From a virus (taxonomy: Duplodnaviria > Caudoviricetes), in the IMG/VR virus record IMGVR_UViG_3300037424_000909, positions 1 through 43,549 of that record: a stretch of DNA of 43,549 nucleotides; one strand, 5' to 3'. Numbering within the stretch: position 1 is the stretch's first letter; each line of letters opens with the position of its first letter. The notes beneath the pieces are model-generated. The model did not search any database, was not told the DNA's origin, and saw only the letters and a program-made list of their open reading frames with translations. Position numbers and translations under genes: made by a program. Of this stretch, positions 36,900 to 43,491 are shown piece after piece.

Positions 36900-38978
36900 G
36901 TGCCCATAGTCACATTGCTCGCGCACGCCCGTGTACCATCCCCTGAGGCCGCCGAAATCTACGATCGTGATTGGGCTTGCGCCTCGTCGCTAGACGAGGC
37001 CCTCGACACCGTGTGGCCTACGGACGTGCACGCCACGCAGTACTCCCCGGTCGAGGTCCCCGACACAGAAGGGGGCGAGCCCCTCGTAGTGCGCGTATCG
37101 AAGGAGGCCCTCAAAGAGGGCCACGTGCTTCACATGGTCGCACTGTTCGGGGACCTTGATGGCGCGGGGCACAAGGCGACGCCAGAGTGGCGCGCGGAGG
37201 TCGAGGCGCGCCTCGATGCCTCGGGTCTTGCGTGGTACCGCACGCGCAACGGCGCGCGCGTCGTGCTCGCGTTGCCTGACACGATTGAGATCCGCAATGA
37301 GCACGACGAGCGTGCATGGTGGGGGCTCTACTTGGCTTTCGTTAGTTGGGCGCACGCCACGCTCGACCTCGACCTCGACCCACGATGCAAGGACTGTTGG
37401 CACTTGTTCCGTTTGCCTAATGTGCTTCGCGACGGAAAGCCCGAGCGGTCCGAAGTGCATGGCGCCTTGACAACGGCGGACCTCGAGTCGATCATGGCGC
37501 ATCATGCCGCGCCCACGACGCAAGCCACGACGGCACCCGTCACGCACGCGAATGATGCGCGCATGGCGCGCGCGATCACCATGGCCGAGCGCCTACCCCC
37601 CAGTGTCGAGGGTTGCGGTGGAGATGCGGCGCTCTTTCATGCGGCGTGCGAAATCGAGACGGTGTTGGGCAATGACGTGCAGGGTATTCGTAGTGCGCTC
37701 GACGCATTCAATACGCGTTGCCTGCCGCCATGGCCCACGTCGAAACTCGACCTCGAGGCATCGCGCGCCGCGGCGAGACATGACCCTGTGGTGTCTGGCT
37801 ACGCGGAACGCCTTGCCACGCGAGCCGCGGCCGCGACACAGGGCGCGCCCATTGGCGCGACGCCTGACACGTCGCAAGACCCCGCCATGGATCCGTGGCA
37901 CGACTTCGCGTCCTTCACCACCCCGGAAGAACCCCTCGCGTACGTATGCGAAGGCCTACGCCTTGCGCCGTCGAAGGGCAAGATCTCAATCATCGCGGGG
38001 TACGCAGGCACGTCGAAAGGGCCCCTCGCAGACTACCTCGCCGTGTGCATCGCGCTTGGCCTACCAGTGTTCGGCGCGCATGCCGTGCGACAGGGCAACG
38101 TCCTCGTGATCGACGAAGAGGGGGTCCGCCTCACGATGCGGCGCTTGCGACGATTGGCGCGTGGCATGCAAACTGATCCCGCGGACCTCGAGGGGCGCGT
38201 GCGCGTACTTGACGGTGGACTGCTCGGAGATCTATGCGACGCGGGCGCGATGCAATCGCTGGCGTCCGTCGTTGCGGAGCACCACATCACCACGGTAGTG
38301 CTTGACTCCTACACGACGGCCATGCTGCCATCAGGCATCGATAGCAATGCGCCACAGTACGCCGCGCTTGCATCGATGTTAGGACAGTTGGGCGTGTTAG
38401 TGATCGCAGTGGCGCATGCACGCAAGGGCGATCCGAAGCGTGGCGCACCAACGCTCGAAGATATCGCGGGCAGTGGTGCGTTGGCGGCCCTCGCACAGAC
38501 AGCACTCGGAGTATGGTATCCCGATCAAGGCGACAAGAATGTCGCACGCATATCATGTTTGCGCGCGCCAGAAGGCGCGTTCGACGAGTGTGAGATCAAA
38601 TGGTCTGGTGACGCGCTCGCTAATGAGCCATTGCAAGTTGCGTTGCACGAGACTCACGTCGCGGTGGGCACGCCGAAGCGCATCGAGGCTCTCAAGACGC
38701 GCATTGCCGATACGCATACGCACGCCGATCGCGTCGTGGCGTGCATCGCGTCGCTCGATACAATGCGCGCTGGTGTGCAGACGGCCAAACTGCGATCACA
38801 CCTCGGTATCAGTGGCGCCCTCTGGCCACACGTGCGCGATGAGCTGCTGCGCCGTGGCGTGGTGTCGGAGGTGTCCTTACCCTCCGAGGCCCACGTGCGT
38901 CTACGACTCACCGCGACGGGGGAGGGTGCCCCGCCCAACCGGCTCCCGCAGCCTGGGGACGTGGCCGCGCGGCGGTGA
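36900..38978 (+). CDS. Primase-helicase: AEP-type primase, PriCT-like linker, RecA/AAA_25-type helicase, C-terminal winged helix
   Basis: GDLDG, YRTRNG and LFRLPNV (primase); FNTRCLPPW (PriCT-like); GYAGTSKG, VIDEE, VVLDS, VAHARK and IAGSGA (helicase). Confidence 0.85.
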   Translation: MPIVTLLAHARVPSPEAAEIYDRDWACASSLDEALDTVWPTDVHATQYSPVEVPDTEGGEPLVVRVSKEALKEGHVLHMVALFGDLDGAGHKATPEWRAEVEARLDASGLAWYRTRNGARVVLALPDTIEIRNEHDERAWWGLYLAFVSWAHATLDLDLDPRCKDCWHLFRLPNVLRDGKPERSEVHGALTTADLESIMAHHAAPTTQATTAPVTHANDARMARAITMAERLPPSVEGCGGDAALFHAACEIETVLGNDVQGIRSALDAFNTRCLPPWPTSKLDLEASRAAARHDPVVSGYAERLATRAAAATQGAPIGATPDTSQDPAMDPWHDFASFTTPEEPLAYVCEGLRLAPSKGKISIIAGYAGTSKGPLADYLAVCIALGLPVFGAHAVRQGNVLVIDEEGVRLTMRRLRRLARGMQTDPADLEGRVRVLDGGLLGDLCDAGAMQSLASVVAEHHITTVVLDSYTTAMLPSGIDSNAPQYAALASMLGQLGVLVIAVAHARKGDPKRGAPTLEDIAGSGALAALAQTALGVWYPDQGDKNVARISCLRAPEGAFDECEIKWSGDALANEPLQVALHETHVAVGTPKRIEALKTRIADTHTHADRVVACIASLDTMRAGVQTAKLRSHLGISGALWPHVRDELLRRGVVSEVSLPSEAHVRLRLTATGEGAPPNRLPQPGDVAARR

Positions 38979-39079
38979 CGTAAAACGTCACCGACCCTGC
39001 CCAAAATTGTCACCGCTTTTTCGCGTCACATAAGGTGAGTGACATTTTCTGTCACTCGGGGGTGACGCAAATTGTCATC
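38973..39079. repeat. Array of GTGAC-N7-GTCAC palindromes (iteron or enhancer candidate)
   Basis: Copies at 38975, 39039 and 39062 (GTCAT), a degenerate copy at 38997, and a half-site at 39025. Spacers are A/T-rich. Confidence 0.75.
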
Positions 39080-39127
39080 ACAGGAGTGGTGCCCCACGAA
39101 AGCCGCGCATTTAGGCTACATCATATC

Positions 39128-39145
39128 TTGGCACGCGACGTGCAA
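39128..39145 (+). promoter_or_regulatory. sigma54-type -24/-12 box, copy 1
   Basis: TTGGCACGCGACGTGCAA has GG-N10-GC spacing. ATG at 39157. Confidence 0.7.
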
Positions 39146-39156
39146 TACTCTTTGGC

Positions 39157-39375
39157 ATGACCAACACCACTCGCCGCGTCGGACCTGCAATGAAAATCGC
39201 CCTCGAATACATCGGCTCGCATCCCGGCTGTTGCACTGCCGAGGTCGACCGCGCCGTTCGCACCGCACGTGGTGGGCATAAGTGGATGTACGCCACGGTG
39301 GGTCGCCTGATCAAGGCGTGCCTCGTAACCACGCGACGCAACGGAGCCCGCGCCGACCTTTATGCGGCGGAGTGA
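39157..39375 (+). CDS. Small winged-helix-like protein
   Basis: ALEYIGSHPGCCTAEV...YATVGRLIKACLV pattern. No SD. Confidence 0.6.
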   Translation: MTNTTRRVGPAMKIALEYIGSHPGCCTAEVDRAVRTARGGHKWMYATVGRLIKACLVTTRRNGARADLYAAE

Positions 39376-39393
39376 TTGGCACGCGACGTGCAA
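39376..39393 (+). promoter_or_regulatory. sigma54-type -24/-12 box, copy 2
   Basis: Exact 18-nt repeat of 39128-39145, followed by CAAGGAG and ATG 39406. Confidence 0.7.
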
Positions 39394-39405
39394 CAAGGAG
39401 AAACC

Positions 39406-39585
39406 ATGAACCATCCAATCCTGACCCTCCTCGACTCCGACACCAACGAGACCGTATCCCCTGAGGACCTGGGGATCACAGACGCACAGTACGACGCGGC
39501 GATCGACGAGTCCTTCGCGTGCTCCGAGAGCCAACAAGGGCACATCAGAGTCAACGGCCGCCGCGTGTATGCACAATCATACTAG
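39406..39585 (+). CDS. Small acidic hypothetical protein
   Basis: AAGGAG SD. Confidence 0.65.
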   Translation: MNHPILTLLDSDTNETVSPEDLGITDAQYDAAIDESFACSESQQGHIRVNGRRVYAQSY

Positions 39586-39598
39586 ACACCACGTGCTT

Positions 39599-39639
39599 CG
39601 CCCCGCCCCCGTCGATTCAATTCGTGGGGGCTTGGGGCG
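39599..39639 (+). other. Bulged GC stem-loop directly before an SD (copy A)
   Basis: CGCCCC/GGGGCG and GCCCCC/GGGGGC stems with a TT bulge, followed by TAGGAGG. Confidence 0.6.
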
Positions 39640-39653
39640 TAGGAGGACCAACA

Positions 39654-39986
39654 ATGTTCGAATTATCAGCACTAGTAAACGGTTTTTGGTCGCCCAAGAA
39701 CCTCGACACATCAACCATTGAGACCAACTTTCGAATGGGGCACCCGACCTTTTCGTCGCGAGAATCAGCCGAGGCACATCGCGCCGAAATGGTGGCAGTC
39801 GGCTGGGATCCAGCGCGATTACGTGTGGTCGAGGCGGACGCATGCGAGGCGTGTCAGGTCTGCGGTAACGGGGTCCCGCTGAACGGGCCGTCCACGCGCA
39901 CTGACTGGTATGTATGCGCAGATTGTCTTGCTGACGGGTACACGTCGGCACCTGGCCAGGACGTTGCGCGAGCGGTCGCAACCTGA
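39654..39986 (+). CDS. Hypothetical protein with C-terminal CxxC...CxxC zinc finger
   Basis: AGGAGG SD, CQVC...CADC. Confidence 0.65.
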   Translation: MFELSALVNGFWSPKNLDTSTIETNFRMGHPTFSSRESAEAHRAEMVAVGWDPARLRVVEADACEACQVCGNGVPLNGPSTRTDWYVCADCLADGYTSAPGQDVARAVAT

Positions 39987-39994
39987 CACGTCTA

Positions 39995-40041
39995 TTCACC
40001 CCGCCCCTCCGACTCCGGTCCGAGGGGCTTGCGGGCGTGAA
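39995..40041 (+). other. Bulged GC stem-loop directly before an SD (copy B)
   Basis: GCCCCTC/GAGGGGC, GAC-TCCG-GTC and TTCAC/GTGAA. Shares CCCCGCCCC...GGGGCTTG(C)GGGCGT with copy A. Confidence 0.6.
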
Positions 40042-40055
40042 AGGACTCACATAAC

Positions 40056-40691
40056 ATGAGCACGACACACGATTTCGGCGAGGGGCCCGTACCTGCACAC
40101 CAACACATCAATGGTGGGGGCTGGGTGGCAGATACGGCGCAGGTGGATGCGAGCGCATACGTAGGACCTGAGGCCCTGGTGTACGGCAACGCCCGGGTGT
40201 ATGACGATGCCGTGGTGTGTGACGATGCCGGGGTGTGCGGCAACGCCCTGGTGTACGGCGAGGCCCAGGTGTACGGCAAGGCCCAGGTGTGCGGCAACGC
40301 CCGGGTGTGCGGCAACGCCATGGTGTACGGCGAGGCCCAGGTGTACGGCAAGGCCCAGGTGTATGACGATGCCGTGGTGTGTGACGATGCCGGGGTGTGC
40401 GGCAACGCCCAGGTGTGCGGCAACGCCCGGGTGTGCGGCAACGCCCTGGTGTACGGCGAGGCCCAGGTGTACGGCAAGGCCCAGGTGTACGGCAAGTGCT
40501 CCCGCACACCGATCCACGTGGCCCTCGGATATGGGGTCACTATATGTGATGACATGATCACGGTGGGGTGCACCACCGACACCGCGCACGGTTGGCGCGT
40601 GCGCCAGGACTGGACTCGCGACCCCGCCGTGTGTATGTACGCGGATTTGATACTCGCAATGGCTGAGAGGCACCAGGCGGGCGCGCGATGA
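40056..40691 (+). CDS. Hexapeptide-repeat (left-handed beta-helix, YdcK-like) protein
   Basis: Tandem V[YC][GD][NEKD]AX hexads. AAAGGA SD. Confidence 0.8.
   Translation: MSTTHDFGEGPVPAHQHINGGGWVADTAQVDASAYVGPEALVYGNARVYDDAVVCDDAGVCGNALVYGEAQVYGKAQVCGNARVCGNAMVYGEAQVYGKAQVYDDAVVCDDAGVCGNAQVCGNARVCGNALVYGEAQVYGKAQVYGKCSRTPIHVALGYGVTICDDMITVGCTTDTAHGWRVRQDWTRDPAVCMYADLILAMAERHQAGAR
40179..40496 (+). repeat. 18-nt coding tandem repeat with higher-order block duplications
   Basis: GTGT[AG][CT]G[GA]CnAnGCCnnG units. The VYDDAVVCDDAGVCGNA block occurs twice and VYGEAQVYGKAQV three times, identical at DNA level. Confidence 0.85.
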
Positions 40692-40888
40692 CCGCGCACC
40701 AGGAGAGATATACGCGCTTCGCCGCACGATACCACGAGTTTGCGCAGTTGATGCGCGCTTACGATCTCGGTCCGAACAGGATCGCAAAGTATGAAGTCCT
40801 CGCCCGCGCGTGTCGCGAAGAGGCAGAGCACGAACCAACGGCACGCGATGAGGCATGCCCAGAGACGAGGCGCGATGGCACAAAGTAA
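40688..40888 (+). CDS. Small hypothetical protein
   Basis: ATGA overlap with the upstream gene. Confidence 0.55.
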   Translation: MTAHQERYTRFAARYHEFAQLMRAYDLGPNRIAKYEVLARACREEAEHEPTARDEACPETRRDGTK

Positions 40889-41060
40889 GGCACAACGGAC
40901 CGCGCGGCAAGCCGCGTACAATGCGACTCACGTGCTGCCCCCGCATGGGTCACTGCCCTGGGTCATCACGCGCGGAATGACCCACCCCCCACGGCGTGCA
41001 ATGGCGCGTGTTATGCGGACATCGTGGTTGGCACAGCGCGTGCAACAAGGAAAGCTATGA
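40875..41060 (+). CDS. Possible small basic protein
   Basis: GAGG before ATG 40875. The stop overlaps ATG 41057. Confidence 0.3.
   Translation: MAQSKAQRTARQAAYNATHVLPPHGSLPWVITRGMTHPPRRAMARVMRTSWLAQRVQQGKL
41028..41045 (+). promoter_or_regulatory. sigma54-type -24/-12 box, copy 3
   Basis: TTGGCACAGCGCGTGCAA with GG-N10-GC spacing, followed by CAAGGA and ATG 41057. Confidence 0.7.
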
Positions 41061-41227
41061 CCAACCCAATCACGACCCTCGAAGCCCTCCCCGAAACCAT
41101 CAGTGCCAACCAGGAGGTCACCATCCCAGGTCATCACCTCGAGGCCTCCGAAAAAGACCCCACGCACTGGATGCTCGTGCACACGGCCACCGAAATCCCC
41201 GTGCGCGACGTCCACGTGCGGTGGTAA
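41057..41227 (+). CDS. Small hypothetical protein
   Basis: AAGGA SD. The MTNPITTL start resembles MNHPILTL of the 39406 gene. Confidence 0.6.
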   Translation: MTNPITTLEALPETISANQEVTIPGHHLEASEKDPTHWMLVHTATEIPVRDVHVRW

Positions 41228-41246
41228 CCGCCTGACACCGCGACAT

Positions 41247-41282
41247 GGCCCGCACCCCGAGAGGGGCCGGGCCTCTCGGGGT
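41247..41282 (+). other. Two overlapping alternative hairpins before ATG 41283
   Basis: ACCCCGAGAGG/CCTCTCGGGGT versus GGCCCG..CCCC-GAGA-GGGG.CGGGCC. Confidence 0.5.
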
Positions 41283-41438
41283 ATGACCAACACAACCATC
41301 GCCAAAAACCTCGTCGCCACCATCACGCTCCAGACCGCGGCTGCCTACGCACACGCGGCCGCGGTCCGGGCGGGGAAGATTAGGGCGTCCGTGCGGCGCA
41401 CTCCAGTGACGACCCACGCTTGTACAAGTACTCAATAG
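41283..41438 (+). CDS. Possible small protein (MTNTT...)
   Basis: The ATGACCAAC start is shared with 39157 and 41057. The 3' end overlaps the convergent gene. Confidence 0.4.
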   Translation: MTNTTIAKNLVATITLQTAAAYAHAAAVRAGKIRASVRRTPVTTHACTSTQ

Positions 41439-41736
41439 CGGCGTCCACTAAGTGGGCTAGGTGTGGTTTGACGTCGCGCCCTCGCTCTATGGTCCCGACC
41501 ACAAGCCAATTACAAATATGGCACAATACGCCACGAACCTTGCCCGTGGCGTGATTGTGGTCAACGCACGGATACAACTCGCCCCCAAAAAGGCACTTGC
41601 AAACCTCGCAACATGGCCGGGCGCGGAGCCCCCGCGCTTCCCATACGCTTATATGGTGGATTCGGGCGATCCGCCGCTCGGCTGCTCGGGCCCTGCGGGC
41701 CTTTTCCCAAAAGTTTGTTATGACTGCACCGCCCAA
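41380..41736 (-). CDS. Endonuclease VII-like HNH nuclease
   Basis: CEVC...VDHNHATGKVRGVLCHICN...AIEYL. Start uncertain. Confidence 0.85.
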   Translation of the reverse strand: MGGAVITNFWEKARRARAAERRIARIHHISVWEARGLRARPCCEVCKCLFGGELYPCVDHNHATGKVRGVLCHICNWLVVGTIERGRDVKPHLAHLVDAAIEYLYKRGSSLECAARTP

Positions 41737-42110
41737 GCCACTGCGCCGTCACGCACCACGCTCGCCAATTCGCCCCCGAACCACTCTCGTACGAGGCGCC
41801 ACGTCGTTCCACTCATTTTACACTCTCGGCGTAATTCCTGGGCAGTCTTACCCTCGGGACAACTCGCGAGTGCGGCGTACACGAGGCGGGCGTAGCGTTC
41901 CAAGTCACGTTTCGGGGGTGCGTCCTTGGGCGCGTCCGCACGCCGAAGCACGCCACATGCCTCCAATGCGCGGGCCACGTCGGGCCACGACGTGCGTGGG
42001 ATGCCGAGCTCCACATAGAGCGCGTGGGCTGTGGTGTGCTCCTTGGTGGGGGCAGCAAGGGCCCGGAGCACGTGGGCACTGCAACGTTTTGGATCAAATG
42101 ATACGAACAT
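41718..42110 (-). CDS. Tandem winged-helix protein resembling the primase C-terminal domain
   Basis: Two internal repeats that align by eye with the primase segment LRSHLGISGALWPHVRDELLRRGVV. GGAGG SD. Confidence 0.65.
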   Translation of the reverse strand: MFVSFDPKRCSAHVLRALAAPTKEHTTAHALYVELGIPRTSWPDVARALEACGVLRRADAPKDAPPKRDLERYARLVYAALASCPEGKTAQELRRECKMSGTTWRLVREWFGGELASVVRDGAVAWAVQS

Positions 42111-42126
42111 TTCGAACCTCCGCGGA

Positions 42127-42157
42127 GTATATGGCCCGAGGATTGCATTATGTCAAG
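42127..42157 (-). promoter_or_regulatory. Leftward promoter CTTGACA-N13-GGGCCATATAC
   Basis: Third full copy of the motif. Also readable as sigma70 TTGACA-N19-TATACT. Confidence 0.7.
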
Positions 42158-42163
42158 TGCACC

Positions 42164-42351
42164 TGTCCTGAATAGGTACCAGCCAAGGACTAGTCCTCAT
42201 GCAATAGGACTAGACCTTAGTATTCTGGACAACCAGCCGAAGTGCCAGTCCCGGTGGCAAAGTCCCGTGAAATGTGGCACTATACGAATAGTCCTATATC
42301 AGCCATAAAGTAGTCCTATATAGTAAGGGGACCCCGAAATAAGGGGCCCCC
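42164..42351. repeat. AT-richer intergenic array of GGAC/GTCC repeats (origin or operator candidate)
   Basis: AGGACTAGTCCT at 42186 and AGGACTAGACCT at 42206. GGAC at 42187, 42207 and 42227. TAGTCCTATAT at 42289 and 42311. TAAGGGGnCCCC twice. Confidence 0.7.
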
Positions 42352-42399
42352 AGAGAAAAGGTTGTATTTCGACAGGCAGCACAGAAATTCGGAGGAAAC

Positions 42400-42597
42400 A
42401 TGGATCACAACGACAACGTACTTCGCAAGGCGCTCGAACTGCTGGCCCTCGACCTCCCACGGCACGGGGAGGCGCTCCACATTGGGTGGGAGGGCGCGAC
42501 TAGCCAGTGGTGGGCCCGAGTCGGGTCGACCACCATCCGGGGGGACACCCTGGCCGCGGTCCTTGTCGAGTCGGCACACGTCCTGGGGGTGGAGTGA
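42400..42597 (+). CDS. Small hypothetical protein
   Basis: GGAGG SD. Confidence 0.65.
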   Translation: MDHNDNVLRKALELLALDLPRHGEALHIGWEGATSQWWARVGSTTIRGDTLAAVLVESAHVLGVE

Positions 42598-42800
42598 TGC
42601 GACCCCCGAGGCGCCCGACCGACTACTCCTACTCCCCCGAATGGCGCGCAGCCACGCTACTCATGGATCGCGTGGAGTGGGCCCCCCGGCCGCATTGCAA
42701 GTCACCAAGGGGCGTGGTACAGAAGGCCATGCGCACCACACGTCGAGTGCGGGAGCAAAGGGACGCCCTTCGAGGGGCCCGAAAGGAACATCATGTATGA
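42597..42800 (+). CDS. Small basic hypothetical protein
   Basis: TGATG coupling to the upstream gene. Confidence 0.5.
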   Translation: MRPPRRPTDYSYSPEWRAATLLMDRVEWAPRPHCKSPRGVVQKAMRTTRRVREQRDALRGARKEHHV

Positions 42801-42942
42801 CCTCACAACATGGCTCGAACGCGGCGCGGCCGCCTTGGTGATCGCCCTCCTATGGTTGCGCACCTCGAACGTGCACGCGCGCCTTGCGCGCATCGAGCGC
42901 GCCCTTGCCCCCGGCGTGAAACATGAGGTGCGTCGTGGATAA
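42793..42942 (+). CDS. 49-aa single-TM protein (not in the ORF track)
   Basis: GAAAGGA SD. Sequence MYDLTTWLERGAAALVIALLWLRTSNVHARLARIERAL... Confidence 0.6.
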   Translation: MYDLTTWLERGAAALVIALLWLRTSNVHARLARIERALAPGVKHEVRRG

Positions 42943-43267
42943 CACCGTATTCGACTACCCGGAATTCAGCGAGGCCCTCGCGGGTAAGTCACCGTGGATA
43001 ACCATGCCGGGCAAGCCCCCCGAGCGCGTCACGCGGTATGTGTTTGGGCCCTACAGGATTGCGCTCCACGAATTGCTAGTGCGGGACTTCTTTGGCGCAC
43101 CTTGCGTGCGGATCCTTGTGCGGGGAGGATGCGCCTCGAGGGTGGTGGGTAAGTCCGTCGATATCATGCCCCAAGTGCCCGACGAGGCGAGGGTGCTCAT
43201 GTATCGAGGTCTAATTGTGGAGGCCCTCATATCCCTAGGAAAGATTGGTCCGCCATGCGTGGAGTAA
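42935..43267 (+). CDS. Hypothetical protein
   Basis: GAGGTG SD before GTG 42935 (alternative ATG 42923). Confidence 0.5.
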   Translation: MDNTVFDYPEFSEALAGKSPWITMPGKPPERVTRYVFGPYRIALHELLVRDFFGAPCVRILVRGGCASRVVGKSVDIMPQVPDEARVLMYRGLIVEALISLGKIGPPCVE

Positions 43268-43491
43268 TGCTCTTGCTTTTGCTTATGCTCTCCTGCGGTG
43301 TCTCCCTCGAAGATGGTCTAGCCACTCCTCCCGATGAGTGGTGCGTGCCAGGCCTATGCGCAGAGGGGCAGCTCTGCATTGCGGGTGAGTGCTTCGCGCC
43401 GTGCGTCTCGGATGAGATATGTGGTGGTGGGTGCTGCGCCCTCGCAAGTGATGGGCGCACGTATTGTGCGAGTGCAGAGGTGTGTCATTGA
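43255..43491 (+). CDS. Cys-rich putative lipoprotein
   Basis: MRGVMLLLLLMLSC signal/lipobox-like start followed by ten further cysteines. Confidence 0.65.
   Translation: MRGVMLLLLLMLSCGVSLEDGLATPPDEWCVPGLCAEGQLCIAGECFAPCVSDEICGGGCCALASDGRTYCASAEVCH

Noticed and set aside
39992-40946. Long antisense and alternate-frame ORFs over the hexapeptide repeat, and a CRISPR-like look
   Set aside because: The stop-free frames are a by-product of the 18-nt coding repeat. There are no unique spacers and no cas genes.
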